Below are positions 27,488-40,560 of a DNA stretch of 64,000 nt, piece after piece. Position numbers and translations under genes: made by a program. The notes below the pieces were generated by a model. The model ran no database searches, had not been told where the DNA came from, and worked only from the letters and a program-made list of their open reading frames with translations. The stretch lies in contig NC_092676.1 of NCBI RefSeq assembly GCF_964355755.1, positions 1,245,788 through 1,309,787 on the forward strand, written 5' to 3'. Within the stretch, counting starts at the first letter, position 1, and the number at the start of each line of letters is the position of its first letter. This DNA comes from Antedon mediterranea. Taxonomy: Eukaryota > Animalia > Echinodermata.

Positions 27488-28852
27488 AACTAACTTTTTT
27501 TAGCAATTTAAGATTCATTCATAATTAGTGATAGAGTACAACGCACAGCAATGGGTAAAGCAAGTCAGTGTTATAACTACAGTATTTATTGCGTTGGTTT
27601 GAAAGATGCACACATTACATAAGGCTTAGGCCTACTTATGTAGTACGGTAGCATCTATGTTAGCGCCCGCAACCAAGGTAGAACATTTTGAAAGGAACCC
27701 ACCAGAAATATATTACTAGTTATTTCATGCTATAATGAAGATTGTATCTATCAATAATTTGGCTACAAAGGCATTATGCTTAATAGAATTTAGTTTCTTG
27801 TTTTATTTTTCTTTTACCGAGAAAATGAAATAATAAATTGCTTTTATTTTTAATATATTAAATTAAGTTCGAATTACACATCGGTAAAGATAGTAATATA
27901 ATGTTACCTTCGGACAGATGCTGCTATGCTACAGGTGTGAATATTGTCTAGAATAACAATGCATCCGTATGTATCCCTTTGTATTTCCCGACACATTATC
28001 CAGATCTTAGTCGCCTGGCTATCATCATGAAAAAGCTAATTCAGCCTGGCTTCATCAACAACTTCACAGATTCCGAAGGCCTAGCCGATAGCCTAGCCTC
28101 AAACAAATATATATCCTTGATCCGATGGCGATACCCCATATTACAGACACAGATCCTGATTTAGAGAATTTAACTTGATTCCTCTCTGCGTAGAGTGTAT
28201 TCCGTCCGTCTGCAATCACAAGCAAATGCATCTTGTAAATACTTTATTACATTAATAATATGCCCTTATAATTTCCACTTATAATTTATATTTATTTTAA
28301 AATTCATATTATTCGGAAATCTATTATAATAGTCTATGATCTATTCATGAATTCAAAGTTATAATTTCGTTCTTATGAAATATGTATATATGCAAGATGA
28401 CTTTGTATTAAAGATGTCGCTGTATCTTGATTCAGGTGGTTTGTTTACATCATCACCAATACATATTTACATAATCCGATAATATTTATTTCAAATGTAT
28501 TAATTAAATTAACACAGTTGAATCATATTAATAATAAAACAACATTAGAATTGAATGCTTGTCTGCTGGTGATGCAGTGGATATCTATTGTTATAGTACA
28601 TCGTAACAATGGACAACATGACAATGGAAAGAACAAACCGAAACAAAATATAATATTCAATTATTACAAATAACACATGTCAATAGAAAAAAATAAATAA
28701 ATTCCATATTGACTACAATTTGCAATAATACTGTATTTTCAAAAAAGTACATATTATACCACGTGATATTATTAGTAAGCTATCAATTTGAATTTTATAT
28801 ATTACCACTGTACCAAGTAGTGTGTATGCAAATAAGTCCTAATCACATCCGG

Positions 28853-28927
28853 CCGGATACGCGTATAGGATACGCGTAAAGGATACGCGTATATGATACG
28901 CGCTTCAGACACGCTTTCAAACGCGTG
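28853..28927. repeat. ACGCG-rich minisatellite, copy 2 (13-bp GGATACGCGTATA units)
   Basis: GGATACGCGT x3-4, then GATACGCGCTTC. Confidence 0.78.
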
Positions 28928-30249
28928 CAAGAAGAACAGCAGGAAGTATAATTGTTTACCCTTTTTAACGTTTCAAAACAAGAATTTCTTTCGTAATTAA
29001 TACATTACATTATTACATTTCAAGAAAGAAAGCTAATATAAAACACAATAATAAATAATGATTGGAGTGTGAGCCTGTGTGTAGGCCCATATATAACTAT
29101 TAAAATGCTAACGGTTTGGAGGTGAGTGGCGTGGGAACCAGCAGTCGTGTTTTCCTTTTTAGATTGGATTTAGATCAAATTGAAATTTTTAAGAGCGTGT
29201 GTTTTAATTGTCATTCTACCTGTCATTGTTTAAAAATGGAACAATTTAAAAAGACACGTTATACATTCAAGGACTAATAGATCAGTTAATATTGTTGTCC
29301 CATAAAATACAAACAAGAGAGAAGCTTAGGTTAAAAGCTGAAGCTTTTTTTTTTAATAAATTGAAAATAATTTGATCACTCAAGTGTCTTTAAAAAATGA
29401 AAAATTCACGAAAGAAAATAACAACAAAAACATCAGAATAAAAATGGAAAAATAGGAAGATGTATTAAAGTGCATTGATTATATGATATGATATTTATGA
29501 AATTAATAAGAGTGATGGTTAACAAAAGATTAAAAAAAAGAATACACCCATTGGAAAGATTGATTTTATAAAAATAATATATTCTAAACAAAGGATGTCT
29601 TTCTTTGTTTTAAATATTAGTAACTAACAGTCATTCTTAGAAGTTTTTCCTACACCAATGAATGCTAATAAATGATTTGATTTCCATCTATGCTGTAATA
29701 CTGGAATATTGACCCCAAGTTATCAACTAACCTAGTTTTATGTTTCTGATACAGTTTTACTTGGCGTTTGACCGTATTTTACACTCCAGGCCAAACGTAA
29801 TAAACGTATACAAATCATACAGCATTACCGCTAACTTCACACACTAAACACACAGGGGAGAACACAATTAGTCCTTTAATCGAAACTTCTTTTTTTAAAT
29901 TGTTGGCTGCACTTTATTTATTTCATACAAATACAATAAATCGTTATAATATTACATACGTCTATTATTATATTGTATACATGATTTGACATTGTTCCTT
30001 TATGAATGTTATATCAAAGAAGGTACGAAACGAAAATCTACCAGAAACCACCTAAAATGAAAAAATAAGCGAAGGGACCAGGATCAAAAGATGGAAATGG
30101 AATTACTGATGTGATTGAGAATAGAACACAGTCAAGAATTCCTACATGCTGCCATACTCTGGTAACAATCTTCATAAAACTCCATAAGAAACTAGATTAT
30201 TTCAAGACAGTTTAGTTGTAATAGTTTGATGATTTGAATACAACTTGGA

Positions 30250-30320
30250 AGGTTAGGGTGGTTTTGTAGCATGGTGCTTGCCTTCCAGTCACATGTTCAT
30301 GGTTCATTCCTGCCTGGTGT
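30250..30320 (+). mobile_element. Possible decayed tRNA-derived SINE head
   Basis: B-box-like GGTTCATTCC preceded by a weak A-box-like segment; cloverleaf not intact. Confidence 0.3.
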
Positions 30321-31227
30321 ATTAGGCCTATAATTCTCCACAGATAGACACATCTAGTATCAGTGATTAAATTCGCTATTCACAATACTTGGCATTGGCA
30401 TTATGCCAAAAGTATAATAATAATCTGTCGATATCTCACTATTGTTCTACACGAGAGGTACATGTTTCAATAATCATTCAATATTTTTCAATAATTTATA
30501 GTATTTTAATGTATTCTTAGCAACATGTATGATTAAATATTTAAATATGCCTTTACACAGTATAATCTTTGGATGTATACCAACAATGGTCACGTAGTGT
30601 ATAAAAACAATAACAACACACTGGTGAAGGTTTTTTAATACGATATCAAATATGCTTTTTATAACACATTGTTTGCACTATTATACTAATAGATAATCGG
30701 AAAGTTATCTAAAGTGGTGGAACAATGCTATTGAAACAATAAGCAAACCTTTATGTTGCAGTTAATAGCTTTTAGGTGGCCTCGACAATGAAATTAGACT
30801 TTTAAATATGAAGAAATTGTAAATATCATGTGTATTAAATTGCAATATTATCATTATAATGTAAATATTCTATGATAGATATTTTTTATTTTAAGTTTAT
30901 TAGAAACAGTAAAAAGGATAATTTTACTGAAATTTCTTTCAATCGATTTTGTACATCTGTTGTTTCTTATGCAATGTGAAACAATTTACTCTTCAGTGTT
31001 CACATTGGGGACATGCAAATTGGGGACTAAAAGCTAGGCCCCGTGGAAACGCGGCTTGATAAGTGGATCGGTGTCTTAGGCCCCTCAAGTTCATTTGATC
31101 AGCTTGCTTTAGGCTAATGACTGATATACCTAACGACATTTTACCCCGTAGACACACATCTGCTTTGCACCTATACATCATTTTTATGACCAGCAAATAG
31201 GTTGGCTATAGATTAAATAGTATTATG

Positions 31228-31358
31228 AAACGCAAACGCAATAATAAATCAATAAACGCAATAATAAATAATAAACGAAATAATAAATAAATAAACGCAA
31301 TAATAAATAAATAAACGCAATAATAAATAAATAAACGCAATAATAAATGAATAAACGC
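31228..31358. repeat. Minisatellite ~20 bp (AAACGCAATAATAAATAAAT) x6
   Basis: Direct inspection. Confidence 0.88.
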
Positions 31359-31788
31359 TATACATTCACATACGCCTAATAATAGTAGCATCTGTGTTAA
31401 ATATTGTATTTAGTATTAATTCATAATGAAAAATATAAAATAATAATTACATAATAATAATGGTTGTGTATAATATATATCGCTATCATCGCTTATCAAA
31501 ATAATAAGGCTTTTTAATGTTTTTTAGAAATTAGAAATGTTACTTTTCTTCATAAAGTTAAAGAGGTTAGATGGAGTTCCTTTCCAGTCGCTAGCCTTTC
31601 AATGGATCGTTCTTTAACACTCACAAATATCTATTTACTCGCAGATTATATCAGCGCTGTATGAAATACAATGATTATAATAAATGAATAATAGTTATCA
31701 AATTACAAGTGCAACAACAGTTTAAAGATACAAACAAAGTTAAAGTTAAATGTCTGTACAAAATGTACAGTGTGTTTAGCCATTATTA

Positions 31789-31946
31789 AGCTCTATCTAC
31801 ATGACCATCAAACTAGTTTGACAAAAAACTGTGATGTGCCCAAATATGGTGGTGATATGCTCAAATATGGTAGTGATATGACATCATCATGTCTATGGGC
31901 ACATCACATTATTTTGTCACGTAAGTTTGATAGTGTAGACAGGTCT
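31789..31946. mobile_element. MITE family B
   Basis: Family TIRs; TTA TSD; accounts for the ORF at 31770..31982. Confidence 0.85.
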
Positions 31947-32599
31947 TTAGTCAACTCAAATGGCATATTGCAAGATCTTTAGAAATATATTATTTGGTGT
32001 ATGCAAGGCTCACTCATTTAAAAGAATGAATATTATTGTTATGAGATGAGTTACATTCAATTATTGTTAACTACAGTATAAGTTTATGAGTGGATTTGTG
32101 ACCAGTTTATGCGAATCAACATGATACCCCTTCACCGGGGATACAACGTATGGCGTAGACTCCAAAGTATCGTAGACTCATTTACAGCCGTCGTTTTATT
32201 GCACTCATTTTGTCCCTTGGAATGTGTTATGAAAACGAAAGTTAACTGCTATGCGCAATGTTTTCTTGCTTATGTGTTTTTTTTCTTTCTTGTGGCCACC
32301 ATGAAATCAAAGTTTAACGTGATGGTGTAAATATACACAACATGTGCTTTACTAGTGCTTGTTATCAGTAACATTAATACAAAAGTAATTTAAAACGTAG
32401 AAGAAATTACGTAAGGTGTTGAGCTGGTGTCAAAGTTCATTTTCAGCCTTTTCACCACAACGCGTACATTGCTGAAGAAATTTGTGTCGTTGGTGTGAGA
32501 TCGAATATAATTATTACTATTTGTATTATCTATTTTAATAGTAATACCACTTTAGTAAGCAGTATTAATACACCTATGTTAATAATGCCACTTTGTCTA

Positions 32600-32764
32600 G
32601 TAGGCCGTAGACTCCTCTAATCTTCTCTTTCTTTCTGTGCTCTGTATGTTCTGGGTTGACCAACTAGCATAGGTGTTTAGCACCTGTTGGGTCTTCCCTT
32701 GCCCCCTTTAATAATTGTCTTCTTTGTATTGTATATGACAGAAAATTGAATAAATAAAAAAAAA
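32600..32764 (+). mobile_element. Possible retroelement 3' end
   Basis: GC-richer stem-loop (CCAAC..AGGTG..CACCT GTTGG) followed by AATAAA and an A-tract. Confidence 0.35.
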
Positions 32765-33037
32765 TGATAATATGCAGTAATACCCCTGGTATAACTAAAG
32801 TGGACAACAATGCTATAATCAAACTAATTGTTATCAATAAAACTCTATTTCTGTTTCGACTTCTACATTTTGTGTCAATATATCAAACAAAAAGTTTATT
32901 TATTAACTGTTGCATGATGAGGCCTATGACAATTTTGTGATTGAATTTCAGTTGATTGTTCGATATAAATAATACGATAATAATAAAAATACATTATTGT
33001 ATTGACGACAAAGATATGATGATTATGTGTTGAAAAA

Positions 33038-33337
33038 TATGATTATGATTATGCTGATGATAATGGTGATTATGATGATGATGATGATGATTATGATGAT
33101 AATTATGATGATGATTATGATGATGATAGAATGCTGCTGATGATGATGGTGATGATGTTGATGATAAGTGATGATGCTGCTGCTGCTGATGATGATGATT
33201 ATGATGATGACGATAATGCTGATGATGAAAAAGATGATGATGCTGATGATGATTATGATGATATAATGCTGATGGTGATGATGATGATGATGATGATGAT
33301 GGTGATGATACGATTCTCATTGTCATGATGATAATGA
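33038..33337. repeat. Imperfect (GAT)n microsatellite
   Basis: GAT/GCT/TAT triplets; explains the poly-His, poly-Asp and poly-Met ORFs. Confidence 0.93.
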
Positions 33338-34664
33338 GTCAACAATTATGATAAATCATGAATATCAAACGATTTAAATCATCTTATTATTTATGAAATT
33401 AAAAATTCACGTGTCCTTTTAAAAATATTTGTTTATGATTTTATAAATATCAACTTCATCCTCTAAGATTTCGTTTATTCTCACTTTCAAAATGTTTAAA
33501 CAATTTTTTTTCCAGTTATACTTCATGTATTTTTAAAATATTACAAACATGATTTGTTTATGGTGATGTCCATCCAGGCAAGTTTCAATCACATGCGTCC
33601 GCAGACGACAATTATTTCCCGCCCTTCTGTTCCCATATTTTGTTGACGAATTCACAAATGACATTAGGTGCAAAATCATACAATCAATCAAATTTATGAA
33701 CATAGTAATGAATAATAAATTAAATATTATGTGTTTGACTTACTCAACAGAAGATTCACATTCTAATGGTGAGTAACAGTGAGAAAGGTGTTGATTTTGA
33801 ACGGATTGCGTCGTGTCGCAATTCATCATCTCGATCGTCACCCGACATGCTTATGTCACGCACAGATTTAACGCATTTTAACGGCTCAAACAATAATTAC
33901 TAAAATATTAATTTTTTAAACAAAAAGTTTCTAAAACTGGGAAAATAATTATCTAATTTATTTTCGATTATAGTGGTTTTGATTTGACAGGTGGAGGCGT
34001 TCGGGAAGGAGAACAACACCTGACCTCGCTATGATTTGAACGCCTTTGAGAAAGATTAGCAATCAATAGCAACAATTAACGTAATCTTGTTGGAGGCATT
34101 ATATTGCTAAAAACTTTGATTTTAAATGACAGTTTAATGTATTATATCAACAGGGATAAGTTCTCACCAACTCAAATGATACGAATTTGCATTGAGCGCA
34201 GCTTTGCCTATACTGAGCTATAGGCCTAGTTAACGCGTTATACATTAATAAATTTAGTTTCTGACGCGTTTCTACTAATGTAAACGCGATAAATCACTAT
34301 CAACCAGGGGGTGTGTTATTTCAGCTAGGATATTTGCTTCAATGCAAACGATATTGGGCGTTTTTTGTATGTACCATTTGGTTTGCTGAGGTAACATCGA
34401 CAACATGATGATCTTTAGCCTAACGAGTGTTGTAATTCCACACCGAATATGGTTTTAGGCCACAGATGCGATATGAGATTTGTACATGCCCGTCAATTAA
34501 AGCCGATCAATATGTTTTAATTGAAGAATAATATCTATAGGCTGGTTAGAGAGCAATTGAACGCAGCCCTATCATGTGTTTCCTACCTACTCTTGTTATG
34601 AAGAACTTAGTCCTTCGATTTAACTTTAATCTTACAAAGAGTAAAATTAGAATGAGTATTCTTA

Positions 34665-34820
34665 AGCTCTGTCTACACTATCAGACTAGTTTGACAAAAC
34701 AAAGTGTGATGTGCACAAATATGGTAGTAATATGCTTGAATATGGTATTGATATGACATCATCATGTCCACATATTATGGGCACATATGATATTTTGTTG
34801 TCACTCTAAAAGACAGAGAT
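34665..34820. mobile_element. MITE family B
   Basis: Left TIR intact, right TIR partly deleted; TTA TSD. Confidence 0.82.
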
Positions 34821-35443
34821 TTATACATGGTGTTAATCATTCTCTACAGGATAAATTTATGCTATATCGAACTATAACTATGCTGTATGCAAATAAACAT
34901 TAAACAATTTAGTATCCGTAAGTAGCGTATATAATGTATTGTCATGTCGTATACGCCATGTCACGTTATAACGTTATGTATTCTATATTACATTTATGTA
35001 TTTGAGTAATTTTGTAGTTCTAAATACATATTAACGAATTGTTGGTACCCTACTTTCTTACATTTACATTACTAATCTGTAACGCTATTATAATTCATAG
35101 TATTTCTATCGTTGCCTTTGTTCTCTAAATCTTCGCAAACTGATGATACCGCAGGTCAAAATAAGAAGTTAATTACATACAAATCGCCTGTGATGTCGTT
35201 TAATCGTCTGCCTAATGACGGAACGACCCTGCAATAATATGTCGACTCACTGGCCAAAGTGATGACCTATAGAAAATTAATAGACAGTAAGTAAATTATG
35301 CATAATTTTCACGGGGTAGAGTGTGTAGTGCTGCTGCCGCCCTAGCTTCACCATCTCTCTCACCTAAATTTATGCAGGAATTGTTTAAAAAAACTGTCAG
35401 AATCGTCCTACTCTAACCTAATCCTATAATCTAGAAAAAATCA

Positions 35444-35610
35444 AGCCTGTTTCCCACTCTACTAACGATATGCAAGGATGTACGCGCAATGCATGGATGG
35501 ATGCGCAATGCAAGGATGTACACGCAATACAAGGATGTACGCGCTATGCAAGGATGTACGCGTAATGCAAGGATGTACGCGCAATGCAAATGATGCTTGT
35601 GATTGGTAAA
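35444..35610. repeat. 19-bp minisatellite (ATGCAAGGATGTACGCGCA x6) inside a family A-related MITE remnant
   Basis: Begins AGCCTGTTTCCCACT (TIR-like) and ends GCTTGTGATTGGT. Confidence 0.75.
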
Positions 35611-35823
35611 ATTGTTGAGTCCAAATGGCCGGCTCTAATCCTGGTGGGAGAAAGAATATCATGTCTATTTAGCTAGGCCTAGCCTACACGTGGATATTCA
35701 TAAAACCTGTTGATAATTGAACTACAATCTTTGTGTATTTAATATTTTTTTTTTAAATGAACGAGATGGATTATAAAATAATGATAGAAAACAATACATG
35801 AAAAAACAATGGGAGGATTAACG

Positions 35824-35910
35824 CATGCAATGAATCACCTGAAACGGGGGTTGAAAGCCTATGCAATACAATCACCTGCAACGGGGTTGAAAGCCTATGC
35901 AATCACCTGC
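35824..35910. repeat. Short tandem duplication AATCACCTG.AACGGGGTTGAAAGCCTATGC
   Basis: Two full copies and one partial copy. Confidence 0.78.
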
Positions 35911-36942
35911 TACATTCTCACATTTTTATCTATTGTATTCAGCTCCAATCATTAGAATTTATCACTTTGAATCTGAGCACTTATTCTTTTATTCTTCATT
36001 TAAATTCAATTTAATTTTAGCAATTTGTCAATTAAAAAATAGTGGTATCAATTAACCTGAAAAGAAAATTGTCATTTAAAAGTGAAAATTTACATATTTC
36101 GCTTGATGGATATTTGATGGGAAAATTATTTAAAGGTATTATTAACGATCAAAATATGGTTGAAAGTATGATTATGAGTTATGATACCATCAAAAATGGA
36201 AATAACAATATAAGCACGTGATTGTCTATGATTCATCTTAAATATTAATTAAATTGAACAATTTGTATAATATGCAGTAAAACGTGACAACAATGTTCTA
36301 CTAATTTCACATTATTTAATTCTATTTATTAGTCCACAACATTGTTATAAAATGACCTTTAACCTGTGATGGACAGATCTTTATTAATAGTAGGGCCTAC
36401 TAATGTATCTATTAATTCAAAAGCAAGCGTGCTAGTGGGCTATATGCGCGACTTTTCGTTTTTTACGAAATTAGACGCGACACGCGCTTATCAAGTAAAA
36501 ATATCATTCTACGTAAGCTGATGTTTCTGGGCGTGCGCAGAATTATCTTTTTAAGCGTACATAGGCCTACTTTTAATCGTAAGTGCAGGGCTATAAGTAA
36601 AGTAGCACATTCCCTATTTACAACGAATGATAAAACATCATCATAACAATTAATATCACATTTGTATTCTGTACATCGGGTTCATCAACATGCAACTCAT
36701 TTCATTTTTTGTTCAATAAAAATTGATCTCAAAATCGGAAATGAAAAATGTAAATCAAATGGTTGGTATGACAAGTGTTTTTGATGCTATACAATCTTCA
36801 TAAAACGAATTTGTATCCTTCGCAGCTATCAGCAAATAACAGATAATGAATATAGTAATGATAGAGTAATCTTTAGATTATAATGTAAAACCTACTTGAA
36901 TTATTCTTAAAGCGAGTTAAATTTATCGACTAGTTTCGATAC

Positions 36943-37009
36943 ATAATAATAATAATAATAATAATAAGATTTTTATAGCGCACATACCACTCCAGAGTGC
37001 TCAAGGCGC
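36943..37009 (-). mobile_element. LINE/SINE 3' end (L2-like) with (TAT)n tail
   Basis: Minus strand GCGCCTTGAGCACTCTGGAGTGGTATGTGCGCTATAAAAATC(TTA)n. Confidence 0.6.
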
Positions 37010-37147
37010 ACTTGATACAGTCTATAACTAGTACCGGTATTAATAATGTGTATGCGAGCATCTGATTGGTTAGGATTGGTTGACAACTACGCTCTACGCG
37101 GAAACGTGATAGGTTAATTTCTGGAAAATGGACATACGCGCTTCTTA

Positions 37148-37306
37148 AGCCGATTTTCCACTAGGCGAATTTGTTCGAGCGAATCGAATGCGTCAGGTTA
37201 TACGCATGTGTAGATAGGGATTTGGAAGATGGAAACATGAATACGCATGCGTATAAGCTAACGCTTTCGATTCGCGCTAACAAATTCGCCTAGTGGAAAA
37301 TCAGCT
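37148..37306. mobile_element. MITE family C (long-palindromic, PIF/Harbinger-type)
   Basis: ~65-bp imperfect arms AGCCGATTTTCCACTAGGCGAATTTGTT / AACAAATTCGCCTAGTGGAAAATCAGCT; TTA TSD. Confidence 0.82.
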
Positions 37307-38180
37307 TTATGTTGGGGTTTTTATTATCGGTAACTCCTTCATTGTGCGACCCGTTAATGCTATCGTATTCTAGTGTGCGCGCATCGTGGTCTAGCTACGC
37401 GATTACGTCACGTTAATTTCAAGTATGATTGATGGTCTCTTGACGCGAACTATTATAAACAACAAACACAAACTGGTTATTGAACAAAGCTGTGTTTGTC
37501 TTAAGAACAAGCCAAATCAAGTCCTCTACGTTGCGTTTGCCTGGGTGCATATTGCCGCTTTTGGCACGCATAACTCCGTGGAAAAGTCAACGACTTGAGA
37601 GGCTTGGCTTAACAGACAGGATATACGCGTTTTAGTATGAAGCGGCTATAACGTGGAAAGAGTATTTGTACAGTTATTACACGCAATGATACATGCATTT
37701 AACACATACAGTACCTCAAGTGTTCTACATCTCGGTTGATATACTTCACCTAACCACTTCTTAGCAATAACAACTTTCGAACGTATACCAACCAATATAA
37801 TTTAGCAGCTCTATGATTAAAGATGAATTTCACAATACTGTACTTTGTTGATATTAAATTATAATTAAAGTTAAGAAACCCGCTTCAGGTTGATTAAAAC
37901 ATGGATGAATTTAAATGATTAAAACATGTATTATTAGAAGTAATATGTTGTTGCTTGTCAAAATTTACTCTGCGTTGCTCTTACGTCATTTGTTGCGTCC
38001 TATAGTGGGAACCATGCGTATGTATTGCGTGACGTCATTTATCACATTTTCCAAGATTCTTATTAATGTTATTTTAGTACCTAATTAATTAAATAATTTA
38101 GGAATATTTCAGTCCTTTTGATAGTTTTATCAACTTTTAACAAACCATATTGGGCTTTAGCTTTTGTGTACAAACTGTTA

Positions 38181-38312
38181 AGCTTGGTTGGTTTACACTA
38201 GGACGCAACGCAATGACGTAAGCGTAACGTAATCTGATAATCACTACACGATATAGTTCATCATCCGTTGCGTCGTGACGTACATGCGTTGAGTTCTAGT
38301 GAGAACCAAGCT
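38181..38312. mobile_element. MITE family A, diverged copy
   Basis: AGCTTGGTT...CTAGTGAGAACCAAGCT with ACGCAACGCAA subterminal motifs. Confidence 0.75.
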
Positions 38313-38315
38313 GAA

Positions 38316-38469
38316 AGGCTCATTTACACAGACGAGCGGTAACGGTAGTATATAGGATCTATGTTATTCCTTATGACCATTTACACACAACGGATAGATA
38401 CAGATTCAACATGGGACAAGCTACGCAGTTTTCCGCTTACCGTTATCGTTCGTCTGTGTAAATTTGCCT
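38316..38469. mobile_element. MITE family D
   Basis: AGGCTCATTTACACAGACGAGCGGTAACGGTA / TACCGTTATCGTTCGTCTGTGTAAATTTGCCT followed by TAA. Confidence 0.75.
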
Positions 38470-38886
38470 TAATACAAAACCACCGAACTCGGTTAAAAAC
38501 TCGTATATAATAATATACATGCTAAATATAACATTGTACCATTGACATTTATTAACTATTCTCAAGCTACTGTTAGCCGTCAGCTAGTGTAGCATCGTTG
38601 ATTATACCTTATTGCTATAATCATTATCTGTAACCATTTGTCCAATAACTAGTGAAAATAGTTAGATAACTTTAGCTTCGGGTTACCATAATAATGAGGA
38701 GATTTTAAGCGACAATTTCACTATAAAAAATGACGAAATAATATGTGTTTACTCCCTAATAAATGTTGCATATTCATTTATAATTAGACCTATTATTACA
38801 AAAGAAATTTTAAAATAGATGTTATTGTATCTAACAAAATTTTAAAACACCTGCACGTAAGTACAACAGCGTGTGTTGTATTCTAC

Positions 38887-39225
38887 AGCTTGGTTCGCCT
38901 TAAGCGTGGTTCCCACTAGCGACGCAACGCAAGGACATAACGCAACGCAAGTGAATTGACCAATCACAAGCGATGGCTTATTCGCTGTTGATTGCTAACT
39001 GTCTATAACTTCGCTTGTCATTGGTTAAAACGCTTGCGTTGCGTTTACGTCCTTGCGTTACGTTCTAGTGGGAACCAAGCTTTAGACGCAATGCAAGGAC
39101 GTAAGCGCAACGTAAGTAACTTGACCAATCATAAGCGATGAATTATCCGAACTGTGGCTTGTCATTGGTCAATTCGGTTGCGTTGCGCTTACGTCCTTGC
39201 GTTGCGTTCTAATGGGAACCAAGCT
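38887..39225. mobile_element. Older family A MITE interrupted by a younger copy
   Basis: Left TIR AGCTTGGTTCGCC(TTA) is split by the insertion; remainder 39085-39225 ends GGGAACCAAGCT. Confidence 0.8.
38903..39081. mobile_element. MITE family A, 179 bp, nested
   Basis: TTA TSD at 38900-38902 and 39082-39084; almost identical to the 9954 copy. Confidence 0.9.
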
Positions 39226-40142
39226 TTAAAAGGCGCAAGTAAAAAAGTGTAATGAAGATATTTATAGGTAATACACCATATAGGGAAAATTAAAATGTGA
39301 AATTAGTCTTACAAAATTTAGATGCGGAAGTATAATAAACTTGGCTTGAACATAACATGAACAAATAAGCATAGAGAGAAAGCAAACAGAATCACTTTAC
39401 GATTATGAAATATTAAGCTGTTTATATGTAAATTGCTTAAGTTCTATGTATTCATTGTAATCGTCTGCATATTATTATTATCATGTATAAAATGGTACCA
39501 GGGTACCTGCAGTTCAAACATTTAATATTTAATTAAAACAAACTATCCCCTTCTGATTAAATACTAATATTTGAATATCTTTTAGTTTTAGCTTGGTTTT
39601 CACTTAATCACAAGTATGGAGGCGCGCGTGAGGCAAGGACGCACACTTAGCGTAATTACGGTGAAGGTAATTAGACCAATCACAAATGCCAGGTCAAAGG
39701 TAGAAGAAATGCCTAAGTCTATAACAATGCTGATTATTATACTAACAACTGGTCCTTACATCTCAACGCCGCAATAACAATAATCGAAAATTAAATTTTA
39801 AAACCATGTCAAGTAAAAAAAAGCAATAATTCCTGTACAAAAAAAACAAAAAATACGCAGCAATTACCGGTCTACGTTCCTAGATTTTGAAGCACACTTT
39901 TTACTGAAAATAAAATCGTTGAATTAAAAACTACACACATGTACTCTAGCGATTTTGCAATATTATTTGCAATAGAAGCTAATCCATTATTTTTACAGAC
40001 GATTAGTAGAGAATTGATTTAATTTGACGAGTAGCAATAGACAATAATTGAACTCATCTAATTAGTGTATGAATAAAATTGTAAACTATCAGACGTGGAC
40101 GACTTGCTGAATTCCGCTGTATTGTAATCATAGAATTTTTTT

Positions 40143-40560
40143 TATATCGTTATTTATTTATTCATTTATTTAACGTCTTTATACAGGATTACACAATCAG
40201 GTAAAAGAAAACCTGTTTTGCATTGTGGTCCTGTCTTAAATACAAAAAAAAAATCAGGAAAAAAATATTTAGTTTTGTGAAAAAAAATGAGATCGATATC
40301 TAGCTTTGAATGAAGCAATTGTTGAGGAATATTTCAGTTGGTAGGTAAAGTCCATATTTTAGCGCCTGCAACTTTGAACGACGAGTTCATCTTACTAATG
40401 GTATAGTAGGGTATTGTTATATTTAGGCATTCTACTCCACGTGTTAAGTGATGAGTATCCTCTCACTATATCAAAATATTATCATTCGTTTGTTTTACAA
40501 AATAAGAGTACAAGCGAATTTATAATTCAATTTCTAAAGTAACGGATTAGAGATAATCAT
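40143..40560 (-). mobile_element. 5'-truncated CR1/L2-group LINE remnant (ORF2 C-terminus plus 3' tail)
   Basis: Minus strand encodes DTHHLTRG...NSSFKVAGAKIW/LP/LKYSSTIASFK with frameshifts (H..TR...F...G...WN.LP...FK pattern); ends in an (AAAT)n tail. Confidence 0.65.

Noticed and set aside
32994-33328. His-rich and Asp/Met-rich ORFs
   Set aside because: They are translations of a (GAT)n microsatellite.
35138-35170. Third hammerhead candidate (CTGATGA-TACC-GCA-GGTC-AAAA)
   Set aside because: GAAA box is mutated and there is no convincing stem I or cleavage triplet.
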